From assembly GCA_041736175.1 (NCBI GenBank), contig JBGSUI010000056.1, positions 1 to 64,000 of the forward strand: a stretch of 64,000 bases of DNA, given 5' to 3'. A model generated the notes under the pieces. It saw only the letters and a list, made by a program, of their open reading frames with translations. It ran no database searches and had not been told where the DNA came from. The stretch comes from Oligoflexales bacterium (GTDB lineage Bacteria > Bdellovibrionota_B > Oligoflexia > Oligoflexales > CAIYRB01). Within the stretch, counting starts at the first letter, position 1. The number at the start of each line of letters is the position of its first letter. The position numbers and the translations under genes are program-made. Below are positions 1 through 9,887 of this stretch, piece by piece.

Positions 1-297
1 TGCTTAGATAAGATGCCAATAAAATCGACACCAGCCCAAAATCTCCTCCAGATTTTTTAAAAAAACAAAAAAATAATTTATAATTATCAAAAATTATTGA
101 CCTATTTTTCTGTCTTTTGAGATTAAGGCCCCGGCATTGAAAATCATACCTGTCAATGGGCACGCTGTTTCACTAATCTCTTGACGCTGCGAGCACCGAG
201 TTTCCGCGGTTTTTATCAATGGTTTCAGGGAACCCTAGGGCGGCATAGTTTTTGAATGTGGTGCCCTCTGTGGTGTTTTTTTAGAAAGGACTTGCCG

Positions 298-1071
298 ATG
301 AAGCTTAAGAGTCCAGCATGGTTTGTGATCACTCTGATTCCCTTAGTAGGCTTCGCCTGCAGGTTTGGGCAGGGGACTTCCTCGCAAACGGCGTACCTTA
401 CCGTGACTCCCGATCCTGTTTGCGCCGATCCCACGACGGATCCAGAGGGCGATGGGCTAGGTTGGGAAAATGGCGGCTCCTGCCAAGTCGATGGTTCGGT
501 ACTCCCTGGGCCGTCCTCTGAGGTTCAGGATCAACCCCCTCCACCCCCTACAGCTTCGAGTATGGACAGCAACCAGCTCTATGACACGACATTTTATCCC
601 TACCGGGGCGAACACTACTTTCAAACCGTCTGCGGACAAGGTGAAGACCATGGCGGGATGTACTTTGCTGTCACCGAGAGATCACCCTTATGGGCTGGAA
701 GCTGCGATAATGAAAGTTGGACCACCTGCGACCATGGGGACTGTCTCGGTAAATGGGCTGATATACCCAGCGATGCAAAAAAAATCTCTGGCGGTATTAA
801 GATGGTACGAGAACCCAACTGTCGAGTTCCCTGTGGCCAACGATTTAAAGTTGCCTCCCAAGATTTCAACTACCAGACGACTGCCGTGATCTACGATGCC
901 TGCCCCGAGCAACATTGGAACAACCGACTCAAGGAAGTTGTCGAAGGCCGCAATCCTTGCCAAGCGGGCTCTCTCCATGTGGATCTAAGAAAGCCCCTTT
1001 ATCTCCTTCTTAACGGCGGCATCGAAGATGATAATATCCAAGTATGGATTGATAGCGCCCCGGTCCCTTAA
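298..1071 (+). CDS. Lipoprotein with CBM10-like module and expansin/RlpA/GH45-like double-psi beta-barrel (DPBB) domain
   Basis: ATG at 298 follows AAAGGA (track start 256). Signal peptide ends VGFA-C. CADPTTDPEGDGLGWENGGSC is CBM10-like, followed by a Pro-rich linker. CG..F.V...VIYDACP...HVDL is DPBB-like. Confidence 0.65.
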   Translation: MKLKSPAWFVITLIPLVGFACRFGQGTSSQTAYLTVTPDPVCADPTTDPEGDGLGWENGGSCQVDGSVLPGPSSEVQDQPPPPPTASSMDSNQLYDTTFYPYRGEHYFQTVCGQGEDHGGMYFAVTERSPLWAGSCDNESWTTCDHGDCLGKWADIPSDAKKISGGIKMVREPNCRVPCGQRFKVASQDFNYQTTAVIYDACPEQHWNNRLKEVVEGRNPCQAGSLHVDLRKPLYLLLNGGIEDDNIQVWIDSAPVP

Positions 1072-1090
1072 GGGAATTTTTCGACAGATA

Positions 1091-1816
1091 TCAGGGACTG
1101 GCGGGGCCAGGGCTGCGTCCAAGGGTAAGGTAGCGGGCACAGGATTCGGGGAGTTGTCCATCGATCTTGATTTTAGCCAGTATGTCCAAGTCTTTTTGCG
1201 GCAGGATGCATAGGGACCGGTAGGGGGGGCATGGACTTTTAAACTGGGATTCAATGGGGTAGCCGCCGTCTGGTCGGTCCTCGAAGCGGCGCAAAATAAG
1301 CAGCGGTTCGAGGCTCTGGCGGAGAATTTTTTCTTTCTCTATTGCGATTTTATGACTCTCTTCGCTTTCGCTGATTTGTTTGATAAGCAGTTTTTTTTGA
1401 TCATCATAGGATTTTTTGATGCCGTATGCTTCGTCTAACGAGGTGGCAACGTTTCGGTCGTAGGTTTGGGCTTGGCTTTTTATTTTAGCTTTATGATAAA
1501 CATCATTGTATTTTTTAAGTGCCCCTTCCACTTGCATAAGCTGTTCCTTAAGGGCTCGGACCAGATGCCGCATGCGTTCTTTTTCATCATAGGCGTTAAA
1601 ATAGGCGCCGGTGAGGTCTAGCCGACAGGATTCGCGGATGTTTGGTTGGAGTTTTTGCGGACGGCCATACAGGGAGGCGGTATAAAGGGGTATGGTTACC
1701 AAAAATACGATCATCGTCGAAACGAAGCCGTCTCCCAAGTTGAAATGAATAAACAATAAATACTTTAAAATGGCAAACCTTTGCACAGGTTGACCTACCC
1801 GCCAGAGCAGGGTCAT
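1091..1816 (-). CDS. Hypothetical coiled-coil protein (true start may be ATG 1714)
   Basis: Long ORF with N-terminal hydrophobic segment and helical Lys/Glu/Gln-rich core; no recognisable motif. Confidence 0.55.
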   Translation of the reverse strand: MTLLWRVGQPVQRFAILKYLLFIHFNLGDGFVSTMIVFLVTIPLYTASLYGRPQKLQPNIRESCRLDLTGAYFNAYDEKERMRHLVRALKEQLMQVEGALKKYNDVYHKAKIKSQAQTYDRNVATSLDEAYGIKKSYDDQKKLLIKQISESEESHKIAIEKEKILRQSLEPLLILRRFEDRPDGGYPIESQFKSPCPPYRSLCILPQKDLDILAKIKIDGQLPESCARYLTLGRSPGPASP

Positions 1817-1966
1817 CCTAGGACTGAGCGTTTAGGTACAGTTTAGCATAGAAAGGACCTCTATTTGACTATTGGGGCGAAAGGTTATTGCAAGGGTCAG
1901 TAAAACGTAATTTAATTCGAAAATCTTAGAGCTTGGTGTCAAGAACCGATCAACGCTGGAGAACCT

Positions 1967-2971
1967 ATGGATGTGCGTTTTGAAAAATGGCAGGGCACAC
2001 AAAATGACTTTATCGTGGTGAGGCTGCCGGAACGGGACCTGGAGATCCTGCTCGCAAGTCTACGGCGCCAAGCCCTTCAACTCTGCCATCGCCATCAAGG
2101 GGTGGGGGCTGACGGGATTTTAGTCCTATGGGAAAAACCCACGGATCCGATCCCCCAGAGGTTATCGATCATCAACAGCGACGGCAGCATCGCCCAAAAC
2201 TGCGGCAACGGTCTCCGCTGTGCCACAGGGAGCATCCTACGCCACGAGGGGGTGCAGCCCGTGGACGGAAAGCCAAGAGGAATTACGAGTGCCCAACGGA
2301 CCTCCGGGCGGCGCTCGGCCCAGCAAGGGGATTTGGAGACTTTGCAGCTTGAGGTGGAAGGGCGTCCTATGATCTGCACATTATTGGGAAAAAGTGGTAG
2401 CCAATGGTTTATTGCTGTGGCCATGCCTCCCCCCCTCTTGAACCAAGACCTCACTTGGTGGGACACTGGAAAAGGCGAGCTGCAAAAGATTATAAACCAG
2501 GCCAAACCCCACCTAGGGCCTGAAGGATTTGTTTACGAAGGAGCTGCTGTGGAGGTTGGTAATAAACATCTGGTGGTGTCCTCAGATGATATGAGCCGTG
2601 AATGGGTGCGAACCATCGGACCTAAACTCCAGGAAGTGACTCTGTGGGACGGGATCAACGTCCATGGAATCCGCGCCAAACCAGTCACCGATAGGGACCG
2701 GGCGCGGGCAGGCCAAGAGGTGGGAGGAAGTCTAGAGAGTTTGTTTGATTGTTGGGTGTGGGAACGTGGGGCTGGGGAAACCTTAGCCTGTGGAAGCGGA
2801 GCTGTAGCCGTAGGAGTCCAACACCTGGCAACGGGTATGGAGGAGCGGGATCATTGGATCGGTGTCGATATGCCCGGAGGGCGGCTATATATTAAACAGA
2901 CGGAAGAGGGAGGCGAGCCGCTCCTAGCCGGGCCTGCTGAGTTTGTATTTGAAGGGAATCTAAATCTTTAG
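1967..2971 (+). CDS. dapF: Diaminopimelate epimerase
   Basis: FEKWQGTQNDF, GVGADG, NSDGS..NCGNG, ERGAGETLACGSG, MPGG; both catalytic Cys present. Confidence 0.93.
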   Translation: MDVRFEKWQGTQNDFIVVRLPERDLEILLASLRRQALQLCHRHQGVGADGILVLWEKPTDPIPQRLSIINSDGSIAQNCGNGLRCATGSILRHEGVQPVDGKPRGITSAQRTSGRRSAQQGDLETLQLEVEGRPMICTLLGKSGSQWFIAVAMPPPLLNQDLTWWDTGKGELQKIINQAKPHLGPEGFVYEGAAVEVGNKHLVVSSDDMSREWVRTIGPKLQEVTLWDGINVHGIRAKPVTDRDRARAGQEVGGSLESLFDCWVWERGAGETLACGSGAVAVGVQHLATGMEERDHWIGVDMPGGRLYIKQTEEGGEPLLAGPAEFVFEGNLNL

Positions 2972-2999
2972 GTTTTAGAATTTTTTTAAAGGGGGTTTC

Positions 3000-3914
3000 A
3001 TGGGGACGGGTGGTCGTGTCGTATCGTCAGAAAAGATCGGAAGATCAAAGAATCATCTTGTTAAACCTGATGTACTGACCACAAAACCTTCCCCGGCTCA
3101 TCCGTCTCCTAGGACGCCAATGATGAGCCCTGAGAAACTTGCCAAGATCCCTGACCTTGACGCACTGCATGCCCAGCAAATCAAAGGAGGAGTTGAATTG
3201 GACTGCAACCGGGCTATACGTATCACAGTACCCATACTCAAAGCGATCAGACGCTACCACCAACACGAGGTGATCGGTCTGCAAAACATCCCCCAAAGTG
3301 GCCCGGTGCTGGTGGTTGTCAACCATAGTCTGGCCACCTATGATATCTTTCTGCTCCTCCATGCGATCTACGAAGACCTGGGCAGGCTGCCACGCCCCCT
3401 TGCGGATCGGTTGTTTTTTAGACTGCCCTTGATTGGCGATTTGATTCGCCTCTATGGTGCGGTGCAGGGTTCGCCCCAAGCAGCCCGGGAGCTGCTGAGG
3501 GCTGGGGAGTTAATCACAGTCGCTCCCGGTGGGATGCGGGAGGCATTACGGCCCTCAAGCCAGCGGTACAAGATCCTATGGGAGGAGCGGAAAGGTTTTG
3601 TGCGGCTGGCCATGGCTACAAAGTCACCGATTGTTCTGGCAGCCTGCCCCAAAGCGGACGATCTCTACCATATTTATCCAAGCCATTTGACGGCTTGGTT
3701 TTATAAAAGCTATAAGATTCCCTTCTTTTTTGCTAAAGGTTGGAAGGCGACCGCGATTCCTCAGCCCGTAAAGCTGACTCACTATCTAAGCGATCCCATC
3801 GTGCCGCCCTCAGTCCCAAAAAGTCCAAGCGCTGCAGAAAAAGTGGTGGACGGGTTTCATAGGGAGCTGGTGCAAAGGATGCAGATGTTAATGGACCAGA
3901 CGATGGAGTCCTAA
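3000..3914 (+). CDS. Lysophospholipid/diacylglycerol acyltransferase (PlsC/DAGAT family)
   Basis: GLQNIP..GPVLVVVNHS...D, APGGMREA and RKGFVRLA motifs. Confidence 0.82.
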   Translation: MGTGGRVVSSEKIGRSKNHLVKPDVLTTKPSPAHPSPRTPMMSPEKLAKIPDLDALHAQQIKGGVELDCNRAIRITVPILKAIRRYHQHEVIGLQNIPQSGPVLVVVNHSLATYDIFLLLHAIYEDLGRLPRPLADRLFFRLPLIGDLIRLYGAVQGSPQAARELLRAGELITVAPGGMREALRPSSQRYKILWEERKGFVRLAMATKSPIVLAACPKADDLYHIYPSHLTAWFYKSYKIPFFFAKGWKATAIPQPVKLTHYLSDPIVPPSVPKSPSAAEKVVDGFHRELVQRMQMLMDQTMES

Positions 3915-3971
3915 GATGTGTGCCCACTGGAGGAGACGTAGTCGAAGGTTAACTTTGTAAAGGTTTTCTCC

Positions 3972-6632
3972 ATGGTCAATCGTGACACAATCGTAGGGAT
4001 TTCCACAGAAACCGCCCAGCAGCGACTCAGCCGCGAAGGGCCCAATCGACTCCCGGAGCGAGAGGAGCGCAAGCCCTTAAAGGTCTTTCTCGATGCTCTC
4101 AAGGAGCCGATGGTCGCCCTCCTCCTGGGGTGCGGTGGAGTCTACTTAGTCCTCGGAGATCAGCAAGAAGCCTTGATGCTGATTGCCTTTGTCGTCGTGA
4201 TCTTTTCCATGACCGTCTACCAGGAACTCAAAACAGAAAAGTCTTTAGAGGCCCTCCGCGATCTTTCGAGCCCCAGGGCTCTAGTCATTCGGGACCGCAA
4301 AAAACAGCGGATCGCCGGTGCCGATGTGGTGCGCGATGATGTGGTCATCATCAGCGAAGGCGATAAAATCCCCGCAGATGGAGTGGTTCTCTTTGCGGAC
4401 CATCTTGGTGTCGACGAGTCGCTGATGACGGGGGAACCTTTTCCGGCGATCAAAATCCCCCGCGACGAAGATGTCGGAAAGGGGCCAGCATCGCAAGTCT
4501 TTGCAGGGACTGTGGTGGTCCATGGCAACGGCCTCTTTCAAGTGACCCATACGGGATCAGGAAGCCAGCTCGGCAAGATAGGCCGTCTCCTTGCCGACCA
4601 AAAACCGGTGCCGACCCAGCTTGAGCGCGAGACCCGCCAGATCGTGAAACAGGTCGCGATTTATGTGCTTGTGCTATGCCTGGTGGTAATGACCGGAATG
4701 GCCTGGCAACAGGGCTCTTGGCTCCAGGGATTTCTCAGTGCCATGACCCTAGCCATGGCGATCTTACCCAACGAACTACCAGCGGTGCTTGCGATTTTTA
4801 TGGCGATGGGAGCCTTTAGTCTTTCCCGGAAACGGATTTTGACCCGACGGACCGCAGCGGTCGAAGCACTAGGGACCATCAACGTCTTATGTGTTGATAA
4901 GACCGGCACTCTGACCCATAACCAGATGACTGTGACGGAGCTTTATGGCAAAGGTCAAACTCTATCCCTTAGGGCACTCGACCCAAAGGGGGACGAGGGT
5001 CTCCCGGAAGTTTTCCATGAGTTGGTCGAGTTTGGAGCTTTGGCGACGGACCCGGAGCCTTTTGACCCTATGGATAAGGCTCTTAACCGGGTTCTTGCGA
5101 CCTATCTGGGAGATACAGAACACGTTCACCCCCAATGGGACCTGGTAAAGCGATATCCTTTAGCTCCGGCGCTGTTAGCGCGCTCCAATGTCTGGCGATC
5201 ATCTAAAGGTGAGTCACAACCGGGCGCCAGTGGGGAAACCCATCCCGTAGCGGCGAAAGGTGCTCCCGAGGCGATCTTTGAACTCTGTCATTTAGAAGCA
5301 GGCCAGCGACCAGTCTACGAAAAACAGGTGCAAGGAATGGCTCAAAGAGGTTTGCGGGTTTTAGGGGTCGCTAAGGCCCTAGGAGTCCATGAAGACCCCC
5401 GAAAAAGGTTTGAATCTGTGCTTAGTACGGATGTAGCAGACGGAGCGGGTGGTGATGGGGATCCCTCGCTGCCGAGCCATCAACATGATTTTGATTTTGA
5501 GTTTGTAGGACTGATTGGCCTTGAGGATCCCTTAAGGTCAGAAGTCCCCGGCGCCGTCGACCGCTGCCACCGGGCAGGAATCCGCGTTATTATGATCACA
5601 GGAGATCACCCCGAGACGGCGGCAGCTATCGGCCAACAGGCCGGGCTTACGGATCCGACGGCTATCCTGACAGGGGCCCACATGGAAACCATGGCCCCCA
5701 AGGATTTAAGATCCCTTTTGGGCAGACTTTCTATCTGTGCGCGGATGTCTCCGCTCCAAAAACGCCACCTCGTAGAGGCCCTTAAAGACCGTGGGGAGAT
5801 CATCGCCATGACGGGCGACGGCGTCAACGATGCTCCTGCCCTAAAAATCGCCCACGTGGGAATCGCCATGGGCCAGCGAGGGACCGACGTCGCCAGGGAA
5901 GCAGCATCCTTGGTGCTCCTCGACGATGATTTTGGATCGATCGTCAACGCCATCAGCGAAGGTCGGCGGATCTATTACAATCTAGAAAAGACCATGGGCT
6001 ACCTTATGGCGATCCATGTGCCTATCGCCGGGCTAGCCCTTTTGCCGCTCCTCACACAAAAGCCAGCAGTGATGATGCCCATCCATGTGGCCATGCTCCA
6101 TCTCTTGATCGAGCCTGTCTGTTCACTGGTTTTTGCACGGATGGCAGGCCCTGCAAATCTTATGGAGCGGGCCCCCAGATCTCCTACTGCAAGACTCTTT
6201 TCGAAAGGGATGGTGGGTGACGTGCTCACCTACGGAGGTGTGACGCTTTTGGTGATGGGACTTGTATATCTTTTAGCTCTTCAAAGGGGGTACGGCGAAG
6301 CAGGCACCAGGACTCTCGTCTTTGCGACTCTTATTGGCGCTAATGGTGGAATGATCCTTCGCCAGATGGGCAAAGGTCTCTCTAAAAGCACACCCTCAAG
6401 AGAGATGCTAAAAATGGCTGTTTCCTGGCTTTGGCTTGCCATTGGTTCTCTTGTCCTGTTAGGAATCGCTGTCTTAACGCCTCTTTCAAAGTGGTTTTTG
6501 TTCGAAAAAATCCCCCCCATTGATTTGGGTGCAGCTCTGTTTTTAGGATTTGTAATCAATCTCGTGCTGTGGCTGCTAGGTGCATATCTCTTTCCTAATA
6601 AACCGGAATTAAAAACAAGTACTCATTTATAG
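3972..6632 (+). CDS. Cation-transporting P-type ATPase (type II, Ca2+-like)
   Basis: DESLMTGE, PNELP, DKTGTLT phosphorylation site, KGAPE, MITGD, TGDGVNDAPAL; multiple TM helices. Confidence 0.93.
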   Translation: MVNRDTIVGISTETAQQRLSREGPNRLPEREERKPLKVFLDALKEPMVALLLGCGGVYLVLGDQQEALMLIAFVVVIFSMTVYQELKTEKSLEALRDLSSPRALVIRDRKKQRIAGADVVRDDVVIISEGDKIPADGVVLFADHLGVDESLMTGEPFPAIKIPRDEDVGKGPASQVFAGTVVVHGNGLFQVTHTGSGSQLGKIGRLLADQKPVPTQLERETRQIVKQVAIYVLVLCLVVMTGMAWQQGSWLQGFLSAMTLAMAILPNELPAVLAIFMAMGAFSLSRKRILTRRTAAVEALGTINVLCVDKTGTLTHNQMTVTELYGKGQTLSLRALDPKGDEGLPEVFHELVEFGALATDPEPFDPMDKALNRVLATYLGDTEHVHPQWDLVKRYPLAPALLARSNVWRSSKGESQPGASGETHPVAAKGAPEAIFELCHLEAGQRPVYEKQVQGMAQRGLRVLGVAKALGVHEDPRKRFESVLSTDVADGAGGDGDPSLPSHQHDFDFEFVGLIGLEDPLRSEVPGAVDRCHRAGIRVIMITGDHPETAAAIGQQAGLTDPTAILTGAHMETMAPKDLRSLLGRLSICARMSPLQKRHLVEALKDRGEIIAMTGDGVNDAPALKIAHVGIAMGQRGTDVAREAASLVLLDDDFGSIVNAISEGRRIYYNLEKTMGYLMAIHVPIAGLALLPLLTQKPAVMMPIHVAMLHLLIEPVCSLVFARMAGPANLMERAPRSPTARLFSKGMVGDVLTYGGVTLLVMGLVYLLALQRGYGEAGTRTLVFATLIGANGGMILRQMGKGLSKSTPSREMLKMAVSWLWLAIGSLVLLGIAVLTPLSKWFLFEKIPPIDLGAALFLGFVINLVLWLLGAYLFPNKPELKTSTHL

Positions 6633-7328
6633 TTTCAGCCCGTTGATTATATTTCGAATCTCCTGGCAGACCTGGTTATTGTTGAGGTTGTAGACAAAGG
6701 CAGTATCGAAACTGGCTCCCCCTTGGAGGCCGACAAATGATAAGTTAAGGGTGCCGTTGTCGCAGCTAGCCTTCACCGTCGGTCCACCCACGAGGGCTTC
6801 GGCAGGAGCGCCGCCTGAGGGGAAGGTTTTTCCATCTAGAGCGGTCAGCAGTGGGCCGCAGCTTTTAGGGGCTACGATCGACCGATTGACAGAATTGTTT
6901 CCGAGACTGACAGAAAAAGCCATGGTATCGCTACAAGTTATGTTGACGAGATAGGCCCCGTTGGGGGACTTAGGTTTCTGGGCTGGTGCTGGGTTTGCAG
7001 GTTCAGGCATTATTACAGGAGTCTCTGAAGGAGGAGCTGGGGGTTCCATTGTGGGTTCCATTGCAGGCTCCATTGCGGGCTCCGTAGGCGAGCCGTTTTG
7101 GGATTTTTCAGCTACCTTCGGTACTTTGTTTTCGTCGGCTTCATCGGCTTCAGCAGAAGGGTCTAAGCTCTCGACTTGCTTTTTGCCTTGGGCATGATCT
7201 CCACCAGCGGCCTTTTTATCTGACGATTCTCTCGATCTTTTTGCACCCGATGGCATTGAGCATTGCAAGAGGAAGCAGGCCGAAAGGATCCAGCAAAATT
7301 TGTAGGCACCTGACGTAAAAGCATTCAT
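6627..7328 (-). CDS. Hypothetical lipoprotein with Pro/Glu-rich linker and two Cys-pair C-terminal modules
   Basis: Signal ending LLQ-C, low-complexity EPAM repeats, AAGGA RBS upstream. Confidence 0.65.
   Translation of the reverse strand: MNAFTSGAYKFCWILSACFLLQCSMPSGAKRSRESSDKKAAGGDHAQGKKQVESLDPSAEADEADENKVPKVAEKSQNGSPTEPAMEPAMEPTMEPPAPPSETPVIMPEPANPAPAQKPKSPNGAYLVNITCSDTMAFSVSLGNNSVNRSIVAPKSCGPLLTALDGKTFPSGGAPAEALVGGPTVKASCDNGTLNLSFVGLQGGASFDTAFVYNLNNNQVCQEIRNIINGLKL
7042..7083. repeat. In-frame 12-bp tandem repeat, about 3.5 copies (GGYTCCATTGYR), encoding EPAM-EPAM-EPTM-EP
   Basis: ggttccattgtg ggttccattgca ggctccattgcg ggctcc read directly. Confidence 0.85.
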
Positions 7329-7590
7329 ATGATGATCCTTATTAAAAATTAATAAACAAATAATTTATAACTCGGGCTACTCATTAATATTCGGTCACTT
7401 GGTTTCAGGGGTTGAGAAAAAACTCATATAGCCAATTTAGATAAGTCTTTATGACAGGTTGACCACGACCTAAGGGGCGTTTTTTCCCGTCCCCCCAATG
7501 GGCAAAATATCAACTTCTCTTTAGGCCAGGTTTTTTTGCCGATAGGAGGGGAGTTATGCATGAGGACCATAGGCCATTGGGAATTAAAAT

Positions 7591-8931
7591 TTGCAGCTTT
7601 TAAAATCAAAAATAAGTTTAGATCTGTTGGCCCTTGGCTTTACGAGTCTATGGGCTTACAAAGCGGTGGCATTCGAGGTCTCTGAGGTTCAGAGTCTTTG
7701 GGCCCTGCCTCTGGCACCCATGGTTAAGGAGCCTATAGGGGATCCCGAAGGCGACTATCTGATCCGCGTGCGGGTTTATCCCCACGAATTTAAAAACACT
7801 CCCTCAAAGCGACTCGGCGAGCCACTCGACAAGATCACCATGATTGGCTCATGCCAACTTGGATACGGGCAGCCTGATAAAGCAGCTCCTCTTGGTCCTC
7901 CCGTGAGCAAGTTTAAACCGGGATCGGTCCAAACCCTTAAACTGGGCATCCATCAACTCAAAAAGCCCCTCTGGTTAGAATGTACAGGTCCGGTGACCGT
8001 ACAACGTTACGAACCACTGATGAGTCACAAGTATTTGGCCAGTTTTTACCTTCGTAAATCCTCGCCCAAGGAGTTTCAGGGACAGGAAGTGATCGAAGTG
8101 GTTGCTGTCATGAAAGTGGAGACCTATCTCCGAGGCGTGGTGCCCAGTGAAATCATCCCGTCGTGGCCCGAAGAAGCTCTCAAAACACAAGCGATCGCTG
8201 CTCGCAGCTACGCGTATTTTAATATGGCCCATAACCACTTTTTTCCAAATCCAAAAATTTATGACGTAGATGATACTAATCGCTATCAGGCTTTTACCGG
8301 TTTGACCTCGGTTCACCCGCTTACGGATCAGGCGATTGCCAAGACCAAAGGGCGGATCATCACCTATAAAAACATGTCGATCCCAGCCTTTTTTGATACC
8401 GATGCTGGAGGTCACGCAGAAAGCGCAAAAGAAGTCTTTAATTTCGAAGCGCCCTATTGTGCGGTAAGACCTGAACCTTCCGAAGTGACCTCTGCTCTTA
8501 AGTCTTGGAACGCCGAAGTCAAAGTTGTTGATCTTTTGAAAAAAATTGGCGGCTCCGAAAATCTGCAAAATTCTGGGGCCAAACTTATCTCGGTGGAGGT
8601 TGCTCCAAGTCAAAAAACTCCCGGCCAACGGGTGCGAGATCTGACTTTAAAGTTTGAAGGGCAAGGTCCGAAGACTTTGAAGTCTGAGGAGCTTCGCGGG
8701 TTGGACCCCAAAATCAAAAGCAATTTTTTCAAGGTATCCCTTAACGGCGATTTCCTTAAAATAACCGGGATTGGCGCTGGCCACGGGGTTGGCTTAAGTC
8801 AGATGGGAATGAAGCATATGGCGGTCCATCAATGGGATCATGTAAAAATTCTCAATTTTTACTTTAGTGGCATCAAGATTTGCACCGTGGGAGCTGCTAC
8901 AGGTAGCCAGGAGGCCTGTCTCCAGCCATAG
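7591..8931 (+). CDS. SpoIID/LytB-domain peptidoglycan lytic protein
   Basis: YLRGVVPSEI..SWPEEALKTQAIAARSYA, DVDDT..YQ and GHGVGLSQMG motifs; N-terminal signal peptide. Confidence 0.88.
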   Translation: MQLLKSKISLDLLALGFTSLWAYKAVAFEVSEVQSLWALPLAPMVKEPIGDPEGDYLIRVRVYPHEFKNTPSKRLGEPLDKITMIGSCQLGYGQPDKAAPLGPPVSKFKPGSVQTLKLGIHQLKKPLWLECTGPVTVQRYEPLMSHKYLASFYLRKSSPKEFQGQEVIEVVAVMKVETYLRGVVPSEIIPSWPEEALKTQAIAARSYAYFNMAHNHFFPNPKIYDVDDTNRYQAFTGLTSVHPLTDQAIAKTKGRIITYKNMSIPAFFDTDAGGHAESAKEVFNFEAPYCAVRPEPSEVTSALKSWNAEVKVVDLLKKIGGSENLQNSGAKLISVEVAPSQKTPGQRVRDLTLKFEGQGPKTLKSEELRGLDPKIKSNFFKVSLNGDFLKITGIGAGHGVGLSQMGMKHMAVHQWDHVKILNFYFSGIKICTVGAATGSQEACLQP

Positions 8932-9002
8932 CTGTAGACCTCAGATTTCCCTATCCTAGAATTTCTACGAGTCATTTAGCAGCTCCGCCATTCCTATTGG
9001 AA

Positions 9003-9875
9003 TTAAACAGTTGATTCAAAAGACCTTAAGATCCCCATCACCTTTTCCAAAAAATCGTGCTGTTTCGTCCCAAAAGCACCATGGGCGATAAACGGGGGAT
9101 TAAGCAGTGAGCCGTGATTGTAAGTCAGGGGATTGCCTTGGAAATCCACCATTCCCCCGCCAGATTCGTTAAGAATACAGTGGGCTGCTGCCAGGTCCCA
9201 GAGGGATGTGGGCGCGCGGCGGACACTGAGATCAGCTCGCCCAAGGGCAATTAGCGCATATTTATAGGCACTGCCAGCCTCTTGAAACTGACATTGGGGA
9301 AAAACCTCTTGAATCTTTGCAGCGACTGATCCCGGACGGAAACGGCTAGTTAAGAGGATAAAGTCGTCTTCAGGGATGGGGCGACAGAGGAGTTGTTGTT
9401 CTCGCTTGGGGCGCTCCAGCTTTTCCGGTCGGGTAAACAAAAAAGCACCTTCATGCTGGGCTGCGCCGACTGTGATCCCGTGGACGGGGCAGTGGATCAC
9501 CCCTAAAACCGGAGCTCCGTCGTCAATCAGGGCGATACAAACAGCAAAATCACCGGTATGGGCGATAAAGTCTCTGGTACCATCGAGGGGATCGATGATC
9601 CAAGCAAACCGGTTACTCACGATCGTTTGGAGGGTGTCCACTGGATCGACGATCGTCTCTTCGGTCACAAGTGGAAAACTCTTTTCCTTTAGAAAATAAT
9701 CGCCCGATAGATTGAGGATGCCATCACGGATCAGAGCATCTGCAAAAAGATCAGCATCGGTCACCGGCGAATGGTCGAGCTTTTTCTGGATGTTTTCTTG
9801 TCCGCTGCCATAAATCTCCAGGATTTTGTCGCCAGCTTGGTAGGCAATCCCAACAATGGTGTCTAGTAATTTCAA
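9003..9875 (-). CDS. cysQ: 3'(2'),5'-bisphosphate nucleotidase (inositol monophosphatase family)
   Basis: SPVTDAD, TEE, WIIDPLDGTRDF, GSAYK and WDLAAA motifs. Confidence 0.9.
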   Translation of the reverse strand: MKLLDTIVGIAYQAGDKILEIYGSGQENIQKKLDHSPVTDADLFADALIRDGILNLSGDYFLKEKSFPLVTEETIVDPVDTLQTIVSNRFAWIIDPLDGTRDFIAHTGDFAVCIALIDDGAPVLGVIHCPVHGITVGAAQHEGAFLFTRPEKLERPKREQQLLCRPIPEDDFILLTSRFRPGSVAAKIQEVFPQCQFQEAGSAYKYALIALGRADLSVRRAPTSLWDLAAAHCILNESGGGMVDFQGNPLTYNHGSLLNPPFIAHGAFGTKQHDFLEKVMGILRSFESTV

Positions 9876-9887
9876 GGGGAGGTACTC

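Noticed and set aside
159..178. Sigma54-like site GGCACGCTGTTTCA (also TGGCGAGACTTTGA near 17984)
   Set aside because: The invariant GC at -12 is missing in both.
125..297. Riboswitch in the leader of the first gene
   Set aside because: No recognisable c-di-GMP, TPP, SAM or cobalamin consensus by eye; an Rfam scan would be needed to exclude it.
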